Positions 1 through 13,048 are shown, counted from the first letter of the stretch. The stretch is 64,000 nt of DNA from Chlorokybus atmophyticus (GCA_009103225.1 RHPI01000797.1:371064-435063), one strand, 5' to 3'. Program-made: numbers and translations. The notes: a model not told the origin generated them from the letters alone.

Positions 1-3000
1 CCGCAGAGCAGATGGCAAGGTTGGTAATAAAATCAGGAGATGCTTGTGTGCGTGCATAGGTGCTTGTGTGTGTTGGTGTGCACGCGGGTGACACACACAC
101 CCTTGCACGCAGGTGTGCAAGACGCATGCTGGGCCGGCCAGAGTCCTATCCAAGACCGCCCGCGAAGACCCCTTTCATCCACTGAACCTTGTCTCCGAAT
201 CCGATGTCGCAAAGGCAAGTTACCGCTGTGTATTGCTTGCTAGTAGTAGGCTAGCCTTTTTGACTCACTACACAAGCAATAGCACACTGCTGAAGCATGT
301 TTTTGCATTAAGTATCGTGAACTCGACGCACGCGTGCAGACAGACGAGCGCACGCAAGTTCACAAGCATGCATGTACACGCTCCCCCATGCACGCAAGCG
401 CGCGCGCGCGCACACACACACACACACACGCGCGCGCTATTGTCAAGCGGGCACACTCTACTGGTGGTTTGACTACTCAACCACACTCACACACTTCTCC
501 CTCAGGGTCTCCTCTACCTCCTAAGCACGGGTCTTCTCCCCCGCGCGACCGACCTCACCCCCGCCCTCGCCGCCTCCCCCTCCCCCTTACGCACCAAGCC
601 CGCCGCCACGCACACATCCTCCACACCCGCCACCCAACGCAACAACAACAACCGCGGAGACTACTTCGGGTCTCTCGGACTGGGGGGCATGAGCCACGTG
701 AAGCTCGGGGAGTTGGGGGGACCACAAGGTGGTGGTGGTGGTGGTGTTGTTGTGTCGGACTGGCGGGAGGGGAGTCCGTCGTCGGGTGGAGTGTCCTCTT
801 CATCGAGAGGGGTGACGCCCAACGCGGTGGTGTTGGGTGTTGGGAGTAATGTGAGGGGGAGTCCCTCACCTGGAACGGAGAGGTTGGGCACGCCGGGAGG
901 GGAACAGAGAGGATATACGGATCTACTGGATGCGTTCTCACTGCATGAGGTGAGTGATTGAGAAGGAGAGAGGGGGAGAGTAAGGGTGAGGGTGAGAGTA
1001 TATGCAGTGTCATGCATGTGCATGTGCACTGCCCTTGTGTGTGAATGTGTGCGCACGTGCGTGTGCATGTACATGTGTCGTTCCGCGCGCTGCACTTGAG
1101 CAACGTGCTGCCATGTGATTTTGGTGTGGTGACGGACAATGCAAGATGTGTTGAAACGTACCTTCACTCAGCGCCTTACTTAGGACAATGTTGTGGTCAT
1201 TGCAGGTAGCAGTGAGGCGTGGCGTGACATTGGACTCGACGCCCGAGTTCAAGAGCTTCCGGCGGGCATACGCGGCGCGCTGGCCGGATATTGCAGACTA
1301 CCTCAGCCGTATAGAAGAGGTAAAACGAACAATGTCAACAACAACAATAACAACAACACATATGCAAAATGCTTTGCATGTGCCTGTTGTGGGGAAGCAC
1401 GAGTATCATGTGTGATGCAGGTGTGCTACGAGCACGACGTCCCGCTCGCCGTCATCGACGGCAAAGCCCTCGCCGACCTCGCAGAGGTGAGAGTCTAATC
1501 ATAGCTCAGCTCACAAGTGGGTCCCATTCTCTACACACACACACACACACACACATACACACACTCAGGACGGCGCGGTGCGTGCTCGTATGGGTCAGCC
1601 TCCCCCCTCCCTCTCGGAGCTCCTCTCCGCCTCGCTGAAGAATTTGGACCAGGTGGGTTACATGTTGGGTGGGCTCATCCCTCCCAAAGAGTTCGAGAGG
1701 GAGAAGACGGAGGCGGAACGCATGGACGAGAACTGTGCCGCGACGGTGATACAGGCGGCGTTCAGGGGATATCAGGTGAGATGGAGGAGGGGGTGGTGGG
1801 TGGTGGGGTTGAGAGCATGTGACAGGTTGGCTGTAGCGGCAATGATAGGAATACGAGTATTGGCTTATAATTACAGGGGAGTAGTGTAAGCTGTCAACGC
1901 TGCCACTGGTTGTAGTGGTAGGTGGAGAGGCACGCGCACATGCACGCGCGCGCGCGCGCGCACATGCATACACACACGCGCTCGCGCGCGCGCGCAAGAG
2001 AGAGAGAGAGTATGGACCACCATCCCTCACACTACCATCACCACAATACCCACTAGTCCCACAACAACCACTGACAATCCCCTTACAGTAACACCACTCC
2101 TCCCCCACCCACGCGCAGGCCCGTAAGCTCTACAAGTCCGACCGCCGCCGCATCACCGCCGCCACCACCATCCAGCGCTGGTTCCGCCTCAAGTCGTTCC
2201 AGCGCGCCACCGCGAAGCGCATCGCCGCCGCGCGCGCGGAGACGCTGCGCAAGTTCATGGAGTTGCAGGATCGGTTCAGGGCGGAGTGGGCGAAGGAGGT
2301 GAAGGAGGGGAACCATGTCGTGGTGCACGTGCCGTCGTGGTCGTTCGAGGAGCATCTGAGGACGACTATACCACAGTTTGCGGTATGGAACAGAGAGTCT
2401 CTCTTGGTCTGTGCGTGCGTGCGTGCCTGTGCATGCGTTGATGTGTGTCTGCATGTGCAAGTGCCTGTGCGTGTGTGCACATGTGTGTATGTGCGCGCGT
2501 GTGTGTTTGAGTGAGTACATGCTGTGTACGCGCGTATGTGTGTCCGTGTATGCGCGCACGCGCGCACGCGTGTGCGTGTGTGGCCGTGTGTGTGGGCACA
2601 TGAGTAAACCACCAGTTGTGCATGCAGCTGTTTTCACACTCTTTATCCCCCCCGTGTACGTGTACAGATCCGCCAGAACGCCCACATGTCCCGTCTGTTC
2701 GACCTCTCCCGTCCCCACGTCGACGTGGTGTACGTCTCCCCCTTCCCTGTCTCCGAGGACGTCGAGGGATACTACTCCAAGCTCCTCCAGACGCACTGCC
2801 GGGACGGAGGAGGAGGAGGAGGAGCCGGGGGAAGGAACGTCAATGTGGCGACGAGGTATAGAGTGGTCGTGCCGGAGAATCACGGGAGGTTCCCGATGCA
2901 CTTCTCGCTGGCGAAGGTGGGGTGGATGCAAAGCAGGGAGAGTGATCAGTGGGTGTGGGTGTGAACTTTGTGTGTGTGTATGCGTGTGTGTGTGTGTATT

Positions 3001-5626
3001 TCTGCATGCGTGCATGCGTGCGTACAAGTGCATGCATGTGTGCGTGTACATTTCTGAGTGTGTGTATGCATGCGTGCGTGCGTGTGTGTGTAAGTGTGCG
3101 GCTGTGCAGTTGTGTGCGCGTGTGCTCGAGGGTCTATGCGTGTCCATGTTCGCGCGTGCGCGCACGTGCATGCGTGCCTGGTACGTTGCATTCGTTGTGG
3201 CCCATGCACGGCTGATGTAGCGTCGAGTCAGCTCAAACCTTTCAACCCATACCATCCCCCTATCCATCACCCTTACCACCATCTCAACACCAACCTCACC
3301 CTCCCCAGCTCCTCCTCTACTCCCCCTACGCCCTCAAGCGCATCTCCCTGTTCATCCGCGGCCGACCGGCGTACCTCCACCCCTCGGGAGCGGCGGGACC
3401 GGAGGACCTCGCGCTCGCGGTCAAACTGAACATACCGATGATGGCAGCGGGACCACAGGCAAGGATGGGATGGGTTCATGTGCGCATATATATGTGTGCG
3501 CCTATGAGCGCATATATATGTGGGTAGGTGGGTGGGTAAGCATGTATGTGGGGATGTGGGGGGGGGTGTACGTGCACCCACACGAACACGCGTGTGTATG
3601 TGCTGGCATGTACGCGTACATGGCGGAATTACATGCGCGTTCGCGAATGCATGCATGTGCACGTGAATGCATGCATGTGCACACATCTTGATATCACCAC
3701 CATCCTTTGCTCAGGTCGCGCGTAGTTTGTCTACCAAGACCGCCACCAAGGCCGTTTTCCGCGAGGCCGAGGTCAACATGGCTCCCGGCCTCTCCGTCCG
3801 CAGCGAGGACGAGCTCGTCCGTTCTCTCGCCGAACTCGTGGCGGACTACCCGACGACGGCGCGTTGGATATTCAAGATCGAGGACGAGATTCACGGCCGG
3901 GGACATGCCCACTTCGACATCGCGTCTACGAGGGCGCTGGTGACATTGGTGGATAGTATTACGGGGGTGCATCCGGGAAGAGCCATGGAAAGGAAAGGAT
4001 TGCTGGAGTCGCTGGCGTCGACGCTACGACGAGCGCTGCCACGCAAGTAGGAGAATAACGCATGACACGTGCACGTGGTGTTGAGTATGGATGGCCAAGG
4101 CTCACGTGCGCATGCGTGCATGCACTATGACATGTAGTGCGCACACGCGCACACACCTGCACGTGGTGGTGGGGGATGTGTGTGTGTGTGTGTGCGTGCG
4201 TGTGCGTGCGTGCACACTGACACACGCATACCCCACACCACAACACCAGCACACACCCTGCACGTCTACTTCACACCACGCTAACTTCACTCACTAGAAC
4301 TTATTGGGTCCCAGGTCGGTGTTGGCGTGTCCGTCGGTGTACCCAACCTGGGCCGAGTATGCCATGGCCGTCGACTCCCGCGGTTGCATTGTTGAAGCGA
4401 GCCCGCAATCCGTGATCGGCAGTCCCTCCGTCAACATGCTCATCGAACCCGACGGCACATTCCACGTCACGTCAACGCACGAACAAGTGTTCTCACCGGC
4501 GTATCGACCCGCGGGTGCATCGTTCCCGCAATCGTCCGTGCCGCACGGAGCGCTGCATCAGGCCGCGAGGAGTGTCGGGGCCGTGCTGGCGAGGCGGTAT
4601 GGGGTGGTGGGGGTGGTGGGCGTTGGGTTTATTGCATTGAAGGAAGAGGGAGCCGTGCGGCTGTGGGGAGCGGATGTTAACATACGCGCCACCGCCACTA
4701 TGGTACGCGCACAAACGCATCACTTACACGCAAGCAGGCACGCACGCGCACGCACACGCATATGCGTGTACACACAAAATCACTCACGTGCACATGCAAC
4801 AGGGAACGTACTGAAACACGTTGATGTGTCTTGTTGCCAGGCGTCCTTCGACCTGTTCCACTTTGTTTCCGAGGGCGTGTTCGATCCCGCAACGGGTTCA
4901 TATACGGTCCCCGAGCCACCTTCAGAGCCCGTCGGGCCCTCTACCGACCCCTCTCTTCCAGGTCTCAGTCCCAATCCGGGTCCAGGTCCTATGAACCCAG
5001 TCTCAAAGGGTGTGGCTGTTGTTGCCGGGTCCAACATGAAGTCCCAACGTCGATTCTACGCGATGAGCGACCACGTGTCTCACCGGGACATCGGGTTGCT
5101 TCAGCACGCGGCGTTCTTCAATCGGTGCCGGCTTGAGGGCTTTGCTTTCGACCCGCGAGAACGGGTACGCATGCACATTGACGCTGTTGTTCAACAACCA
5201 TGTGTTGATGGTGTGTGGGGTGGTCAGGTTGGGACGGTGTTCAACCTGATGGATAGCTTCGCGGGTGGGGTGGTGGGTATCGTGTGCGCGGGGAGGTCGC
5301 CGCAAGAGGCGTTCAGGACGCTCGCCAATGTGCTCGACTTTCTCAGCAGACAGGTATGTGTGTGCACAAATCTGAAGCGCTATTGCACGCATGCAAGCTT
5401 GTGAGTGCGTGCATGCGCGTGCACGTGCGTGCGTGTGGGTGTGGGCGTAAGTGCTCAGAATAATCATGGTCGTCGTGATGTTGAGGGCGTTGGTGGTAAT
5501 GTTGACTGTGATGTTTGGTAGATTGGGTTATCGTCTGGCGAGGAGGAGTTGGAGGGTGATTACACGCTACGAGGTGTGCGCGCTACGTTCAAGTACTTGG
5601 CTGATAAGCTCAGCGCCAAAAAGTGA
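1..5626 (+). CDS. IQCH: IQ motif-containing protein H homologue (5'-partial, about 14 exons)
   Basis: Spliced frame gives ESDVAK|GLLYLLSTGLLP, two IQ motifs (AATVIQAAFRGYQ, AATTIQRWFR), NHVVVHVPSWS, QNAHMSRLFDLSRPHVDVVYVSP, IFKIEDEIHGRGHA, IVEASP..GSPSVNMLIEPDG and VGTVFNLMDSFAGG, all recalled as IQCH blocks. Last exon is 5522-5626, ending TGA. The gene starts upstream of the window. Confidence 0.85.
340..5440. repeat. Intronic alternating purine-pyrimidine tracts, (CA)n/(TG)n/(CG)n, throughout IQCH
   Basis: For example gcgcgcgcgcgcacacacacacacacacacgcgcgcgc near 398-437, (CA)n at 1532-1564, (CG)n at 1946-1995 and (TG)n at 2400-2600 and 2950-3170. Confidence 0.95.
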
Positions 5627-6566
5627 CATGAGAGCACGGGTGCTAGACCAGGAGCAAGCACAGTACACTGTATAGACCAATGATGGCATGTGTTTCTTTC
5701 AATCAATGGAAACTTGCAAGTGTTTTCAAATGATTTGGTGACCATTGCACGTGTGTACGCGCACATTTGGACAACATCAACACGCGTTGTTTGGCTAGCA
5801 TCAAGTAGTTATCTCACTATTTGATTATGCACCCGTTTGTGAAGCAAGTGCATCACAATGGCATTATGGCATGCACACCCGTGTTTAAAATGCCAACACT
5901 AATGGCCCCGTATTCATATAAGAGCATTGAAGAGTGCAATTAGACAATGTTCAACCGCATGCAGCTTTTATTTATTTTACTCGATGACTGCGCATGACGC
6001 GGAGTACGTAGGTAGAAAAGCCATGCAGTTGTAGTCTGCATCACAACGTCATGTGTTCACGCTCGTCGGCTTAGTCACAAACCACGCAATGCAAGGTAGA
6101 CAATTCATGGTAATGATGTAAGGGGGTATCATAAATCGTAACTCACTTGAATGCACCATAAGCAAGTCTACTTGTAAACATCAACATGCAACAAAATGTG
6201 TGTGTTTTTTTCATCGTTAATGAGCTCTTTGTACAAGCTATGGTATGCACAGCTATAAGATGTAAGTGAATCCGTGCGCGTGAATCACATGGCAAGTAAT
6301 CCATGTGACACCTGTGCAAGTTTTATATTTAAACATTTGCATGTTGCTTGCAACTATTTGCACTTCAGTGGCCCTCTTTATCTATTATTAAACACCTGCG
6401 CAAGGACAAGCAACACTAACATTAGAGTACCGTAATCATCTCAATACAATAACTTATGATACGTACTCTTAAATAATAAGAGAGTCACATTGTTGCAATG
6501 CATGAAGAAGGGGGCTCTCTTGGGCTGAAACGATACGTACTTTATCGGATCCCTTCTCCCTCAGGG

Positions 6567-7201
6567 NNNNNNNNNNNNNNNNNNNNNNNNNNNNNNNNNN
6601 NNNNNNNNNNNNNNNNNNNNNNNNNNNNNNNNNNNNNNNNNNNNNNNNNNNNNNNNNNNNNNNNNNNNNNNNNNNNNNNNNNNNNNNNNNNNNNNNNNNN
6701 NNNNNNNNNNNNNNNNNNNNNNNNNNNNNNNNNNNNNNNNNNNNNNNNNNNNNNNNNNNNNNNNNNNNNNNNNNNNNNNNNNNNNNNNNNNNNNNNNNNN
6801 NNNNNNNNNNNNNNNNNNNNNNNNNNNNNNNNNNNNNNNNNNNNNNNNNNNNNNNNNNNNNNNNNNNNNNNNNNNNNNNNNNNNNNNNNNNNNNNNNNNN
6901 NNNNNNNNNNNNNNNNNNNNNNNNNNNNNNNNNNNNNNNNNNNNNNNNNNNNNNNNNNNNNNNNNNNNNNNNNNNNNNNNNNNNNNNNNNNNNNNNNNNN
7001 NNNNNNNNNNNNNNNNNNNNNNNNNNNNNNNNNNNNNNNNNNNNNNNNNNNNNNNNNNNNNNNNNNNNNNNNNNNNNNNNNNNNNNNNNNNNNNNNNNNN
7101 NNNNNNNNNNNNNNNNNNNNNNNNNNNNNNNNNNNNNNNNNNNNNNNNNNNNNNNNNNNNNNNNNNNNNNNNNNNNNNNNNNNNNNNNNNNNNNNNNNNN
7201 N
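6567..7201. other. Assembly gap (N run)
   Basis: Run of N flanked by ggg on both sides. Confidence 1.
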
Positions 7202-7981
7202 GGGGCCAGGTGGCTTCTATACGGGTGAATTACGGTCCGGTATCTGTGTGAAAATTGTTTTCATGTGGCTTGATTTGTTAATGCTCAACACTGTCAAGGG
7301 CCTTCAACGGCATCCGTCCTGTTCAGAATTTGTCAACGTCGCGACTCGCGATGGTTGGCGCCGCGGCTTGCAATTTCAAATTCAGATTTGCTTGTGTTTT
7401 GCGCGGGCGAAGCGTCCCGTTTCTTCGCCGGCGCGCGTCTCGCAACCGCCGGACGAGGTGGTCGCAATCTGCCACTGCTCCGGACACCGCCTCTGCCTGG
7501 TGTGCGCGTTGTAACCGGCAAGCGCACGAAATGACCGTCTACTCAGCCCCGTTTGCCGGTCGGAGCATGCAGCAGAGTGTCGCACGCTGTGTCTGCCAAA
7601 GAGTCACGCAGCCGGGCATCCGTAACTGCAGCAAGAGATATGCCTTTGTCAGTAACAGCAGCTTCAGCGGCGGCGGCGGCGACGGTGGCAGTAGCGGCGG
7701 CGGCGGGAGTGGTGTTGGCGGGGTGGTTGTTGGCGAATCGTGGACGGGAGCTGGCTCCACTTACGCTGCGATTCGAAGACGGTTGCATTGATCGTCGATC
7801 CGCCAGCTGAGGTGAGCTCGACACTGCGCCGCCGTTACCATTCCTCTGTCAGGGGGTGGTGAGGCTGGTGCTGTGGCGCTTTCAGCCAGATGTCGCCGTG
7901 CATGCGGCCTTTTATATCCATCGCAATGTTGGCATTCTTGTCCATAGGCTGTGTGGTAATCTTTTCTGCGCTTTAGCCTAG

Positions 7982-7989
7982 TTAGGGTT
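7982..7989 (+). promoter_or_regulatory. Telo-box-like element (TTAGGGTT) upstream of CKS1
   Basis: gttagggttc, about 220 bp before the CKS1 ATG. Partial (8/9) match to the motif found upstream of other genes here. Confidence 0.35.
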
Positions 7990-8209
7990 CCCGCCCTTTT
8001 GGCCGTGCTGCGTGCCTGTACAGCCGCGCGTGCGCATTCTGTCCATGAGCGTGCGTGACAAGTACCTGCGCTGTAAGCGTGTCTGTGCGTATGTTACTGC
8101 TAGTACTGTTACTGTCCCAGCGCTTGCCACGGTGTAAGGTTGGGTGCTTGGCGAAGCGCCTGCTGACGGTTGCAAGTGCCGCAGGCGACCGTGCGTGTGG
8201 TAAGCCAAC

Positions 8210-8806
8210 ATGCCGAACCACATCCAGTACTCCGAGAAGTACTTCGACGACAAGTATGAGTACAGGTGAGCTTGTCACTAGCAGAGGAGCAGACATGCTT
8301 GTGGCGTAACTTGTCACATCGCTGGTAACGTGGTGTGCTCCTGGCAGGCATGTGATCTTGCCGCAAGAGCTGGCAAAGCGGCTACCAAAGGGCAAATGTC
8401 TTGAAGAGGTACGCTGAGATTGCCATAGACGCAACTTCACGCATGTGCAAACAGTTGATGCCAGCCCTAGCTAGGTTACATGTGCTCAACATCAACATCA
8501 ACATCATCTGACATGCACCTAAGCTACCATCATGCAATGTGTATTTGGTTGCAATCAAGCTGCTTTGGGTGCGTTGGCGCTAATCAGTCCTGGACTGTCT
8601 TGTCACAGTCGGAGTGGCGGGCGATGGGCGTGCAGCAGTCGCGTGGTTGGGTGCACTACGCCATCCACCGGCCGGAGCCGCACATTATGCTGTTCCGGCG
8701 TCCGCTGGAGGTGGCGGCGCAGGTCACGGCGCAGCAACAGGCGCAGGCTGCAGCTGCGGCACAGCAGCAAATGCAGCAGCATGCCGTGCCCATGCACGCA
8801 GTCTGA
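8210..8806 (+). CDS. CKS1: Cyclin-dependent kinase regulatory subunit (3 exons)
   Basis: Exons 8210-8265, 8348-8408 and 8609-8806 give [19 protein letters not shown]|[20 protein letters not shown]|[32 protein letters not shown] followed by a Gln/Ala tail. Canonical CKS motifs, GT-AG introns. Confidence 0.97.
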
Positions 8807-9515
8807 ATATCATGGTTTCAAGAGGGCATTGAAGGGACGTTTTCAGGGTGTTGGATTGCTCTTTGTAGCAACCAAATTACGTGTACAGGGAATCAGTGGG
8901 AAGGGTGTAGCACTAGTAGTTGTCATGTCATTCGTGGTGTGTGGGCAGGTTGATTGACAGTTGCCGCATGTGTGGACTGGACAGAGAACTACAGATGATA
9001 AGTGTGTATGCATGTCTTGAAGCATGAACTTGAGTAATGTTTGCTTTCGCTGTGAACGGATAGACTCAGCTTACAAGTGCGCTGCCTTAACAAGTGTGCA
9101 TTGGTTGCATGTTGTCGAATGCATGCTGCTGTGAAAATCACAGCCTTGAAAGCACAGTATGACGCTGGGTGCTTTAGGATAGCCTACACTATACAGGGAA
9201 GGTATCATTCATCGCCATGATGTGTTTGCTGTCATTCCTACAGTGTGTGCTGAAGAGTTCACTGCGAGATGCTCAGTCAACCAGTGCAGCGCATGTGAAA
9301 GGCATTGTAGGCAAGTTGAGAAGAGGTCGTGAAGTGAAGACAGTACCAACATCAGTGACTTACTACGACATATTCAAGTGCATGGCAAGCCCACCACCAG
9401 TGCAGTTTGTCGTTACTTCTAAGGTAAGAGTAGAGTAAGTGCAATGAGCGCTCAGCTCACCATCATCCCTATTTCTGCCCAATATGTGGTGCTGTATATG
9501 CGTCTTGCAACAGCT

Positions 9516-11849
9516 TCAAGTCCTGACTTGACAGCACCCTGTGCGAGTGACGTAGCGCACGAATTTGTACGGTTTGTACCTTTCATTCAGCACGTTGAGC
9601 TGGTCTATCCTTACGCCTGATGCAGCCCAGCCCACCACAGTGAAGTCCACCAGCAGGGTGGGCGACTCGTCTGCTGGCGGTGAGCCAGGCTCCAGGGAAA
9701 AGGACCCTGATATGCACGGCGTTATTGATGTAGGTAGCCTCCCAATGTCCCATGTGCAGATCTAAGCAGCACATCAAGGAAAAATCAGAGACGGATGAAG
9801 CAGTTTTTTGGTAACTAAAAAGCTAAAAAGCTAAAAAGCTTATGTGGCCTGACATTGTCACCAGTGCAAGCGTGCGCACGCATGCATGCGTGCATGACAA
9901 GCGTGTGAGCGTGCTTACCTTGGTGACTTCATCAAAAGTCCAAGTGCCATGGTTGGCGGACAAGTCGGCATGCTTGGTGCTGGCAGGCAACGGCAGGCAA
10001 ACAGACAGCTGCTCAATGAACATGCTGGCGTCCTGCTTCATTCCCGTCATGATGCTCACCGTGCCACCATCCGCACCGAATGTGATCTGAGGCCGGACGT
10101 AGATAGGCACTCGTGATGAGCCTGTTGCCCTGGGAGACAAAAGCATACTGTCTCACTTCAATTAAACAATGAAGCAACAATACCCCAGGGTTGTCTGATG
10201 ATTACCTGTATGCCATGAGCTTGAAAGTCCCGTCAGGCGGCACAAACGACAGCAAGCGGTCCTGCGCAAAGCGCCGGTGCCTCACGCACGGATGCAGTCG
10301 GCAGGCCTGAAAGATACGCGCGTCCGCAAATGTGAGCTCCATGTCCGGAAACCCAGACAACCTGGTGTTGGCCTTGATCATGCCAATCACTGCGGTTCGC
10401 AACAATCGCCCTTCCCTGCGTGCGTTGTTCATTCAGTGCACATTGCCACACATACCAATGCACCCGTGTATGCCCATTGCACACTGAAATAGCATTACCG
10501 GTCAAAGGTTGCGTTAAGTTCTTCTTCTACATCAAAGTACGCTTCATTGCTGGCGTAGCGAACAGTTGTCCGCCTCCATGGCACGCCTGATACTGTCCCG
10601 CTTGGGAGAGCACCAGGGATTGTAGAGTTGCCAGTGACTGCAGTGACCTAAACACCAACCAAGAATCAGCAATTGAACGCGACGCACATGACGTTTGTCT
10701 TGAGAGAAAGCAGGTGATTTGACAAGGCAATCGTGATAGAGCTTACCATGCGGTTGACCAGACTCGGAGGTGGTATGAGGTCTTCCAGGACGTTGGGCTC
10801 AGTCGTAAACGGGAAGCCACTGTCCATCATCTCATCCAACAGCTGCCAATGTCTGTTATAAGTGCCACAGAACCATGCGTAGTAACAAGAAGTGACAAAC
10901 GAGCAAAGAAACTTGCTGTTAAGTCTAGCACTTGCACTATGCATTCGGCAGGCAGCAACAGCTTTCGCCTGTACACAAAAGCAGGCTCACCTCATACACA
11001 ACCGCAAAGTTGTCCCGCAGTTGATCTTCATTGAGCTCACGGAAGTACGACTTGAACACGTCCGCAACATGTGACAAATACTGCGGAATGATGATTGTTT
11101 GCTCAACGCCGTGTTGACGGAGTCTCTCAACCCAATTGCACATTCTTGAGCAGGAGTCGATGATTACCTCAATCACAAGCAGGGGAGAGACTTCTCTGTG
11201 TGTGCATGCGAGAAACACAAGCCTTTCACGATGCACGTGTAGCAGGTACCGGTTGGGCGTTGTCAAAACTGGATTCACCTTCAAGCAACAATATCAGTGT
11301 AAGTTTACGCGCAACTACAAATTGGTTTGTCTGCAAACAGTCAGTTTCAGTGCCATGCTTAGCGAAACAGAAACGGAATGAGTTGACAGACTTTTCATAT
11401 CTAGAAGCGTATACACGTGAATACTCCCAAGTTGCCTGCTAGCTGGCATGCGCAGTACACACAGCGTGTGCTAAAACACATTACCTCTTCGGGTGTGACG
11501 GCTTTCAACGCTGCTGTCCAGTAGTGTTGACACACGCTGCGGTCCACAACCCCCGCCCAATGCTTCTCTATCAATACCTCTCTGCAAGTTTCCAACAATC
11601 CAGCAAAAACTTCAAGACACATGACATATTCGATTAACTTTGTCTTTGCGTATTAGTGCCGTTTGAACACATGATATTCGCACTGTATTGTGTCCGAACT
11701 GAGGCAAGCCTTTAGCATGGAAACTTGCCGCTGTTGCAAACAAAAAGCAAGCAGCTGTTGACGTACATTATGCATGAATAGCATACGACAACAAGCAGTG
11801 ACTTCACAGCAACTCACCCAACGTCGTTGAGAATGAAAAGGCTCTGCAT
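9516..11849 (-). CDS. AP3M: AP-3 complex subunit mu
   Basis: MQSLFILNDVG|EVLIEKHWAGVVDRSVCQHYW ... NFAVVYE|LLDEMMDSGFPFTTEPNVL ... VPWRRTTVRYASNEAYFDVEE ... LHPCVRHRRF..LSFVPPDGTFKLMAY ... YKPYKFVRYVTRTGCCQVRT*. The EKHW start and the C-terminus match mu3 rather than mu1, mu2 or mu4. Confidence 0.93.
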
Positions 11850-12499
11850 GCCACCTACACCGGAGGGGTGGCCCTATGGTCCATGCGCCAGAACTCCCCA
11901 CCAACAGACAACGCCACACCAACACCGAGACACTCCTCCTCGCGGCCTCCGCCCCCGCCGCCCCCGCCGCCTACCACCTGCACACTACACGCAGTGAAGC
12001 CACGTGAACCGCAGCTCTGCTAAGCTGAAACAAAGAAGAAAGCTCAGCAGGTAGCTCAGCAGCTGGAGCTCATTGCAGCCTTCAATTGGGAGGCTGACGG
12101 AGGCGGCGTGAGCGGCGGCGGCAGGGGTGTCCTTCTGTACGACCTGGAAGCTTGCATGTGTGCTGTGCGCAAGTGAGCAATCATGCGGGATGTTCTTGTG
12201 TGCTCCGTTGTGGCCGTGCTGCTTTGGTGAGCGAAAACAGTAGACGCCAAGAAGCATGCAATGAGATGTGTGACACTGTGTTTAACTATATGCATGCGTG
12301 TCGTTGAAAATGTCATGCTATAAACACGGTGGCAGTGCTGGCAGGGTAGCGCTAAATGCACAGCTGAGAAGTGCCCACTGATCATTGACCAGCATGTGCA
12401 GCGGTTTGCTGCTGGTTGTCCTGTGGAGATGTGGAAGTCAAGCACCAGTCTTCCTTATACAGACATAACTTCAGAGAATGAGTGACTGTCCTCCCCCCC

Positions 12500-12700
12500 N
12501 NNNNNNNNNNNNNNNNNNNNNNNNNNNNNNNNNNNNNNNNNNNNNNNNNNNNNNNNNNNNNNNNNNNNNNNNNNNNNNNNNNNNNNNNNNNNNNNNNNNN
12601 NNNNNNNNNNNNNNNNNNNNNNNNNNNNNNNNNNNNNNNNNNNNNNNNNNNNNNNNNNNNNNNNNNNNNNNNNNNNNNNNNNNNNNNNNNNNNNNNNNNN
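12500..12700. other. Assembly gap flanked by poly-C
   Basis: N run, preceded by ccccccc and followed by 24 C. Confidence 1.
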
Positions 12701-13048
12701 CCCCCCCCCCCCCCCCCCCCCCCCTTTTTACAAAAGGCATGCACCCAAGACGCACGCACGTAAGCAGGCGTAACAACCGTGTCGGCAAGTCACAGTTCTG
12801 CTTAGCGATAAATGCGGTAAATTGTCGAGCTGTTACGTACGGGCGGGTTCCGCTAGTGTTTTGGCTTCAGCTTCACCCACCCACCCACCCACCCACCCCA
12901 CCCTACCCTCAGGAGCTGCATGGGAGCAGCACATTGGATGCTGCCGGAATATGTGACAAGGTGAGCCAGCAGTGGTGGTGCAGATTGCAAGTTCCTGAAC
13001 AAACAGTGCTTGCATTGGCTGGCTCTACATATAGCCTATCCAGTGAGG

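Noticed and set aside
33-5467. Many His/Thr/Arg- or Val/Cys-rich ORFs on both strands
   Set aside because: They are translations of intronic (CA)n/(TG)n/(CG)n repeats. The spliced IQCH model explains the region.
6396-6407. cctgcgcaagga resembles part of U6 snRNA
   Set aside because: Only 12 nt match. The flanks lack the ACAGAGA box and the rest of U6.
8700-8806. Gln/Ala tail on CKS1
   Set aside because: Glutamine-rich tails are already known in Cks1 (e.g. budding yeast), so this is not unusual.
12490-12724. Poly-C flanks at gaps as a functional G-quadruplex element
   Set aside because: The interior is unsequenced. Homopolymer-related sequencing dropout explains it.
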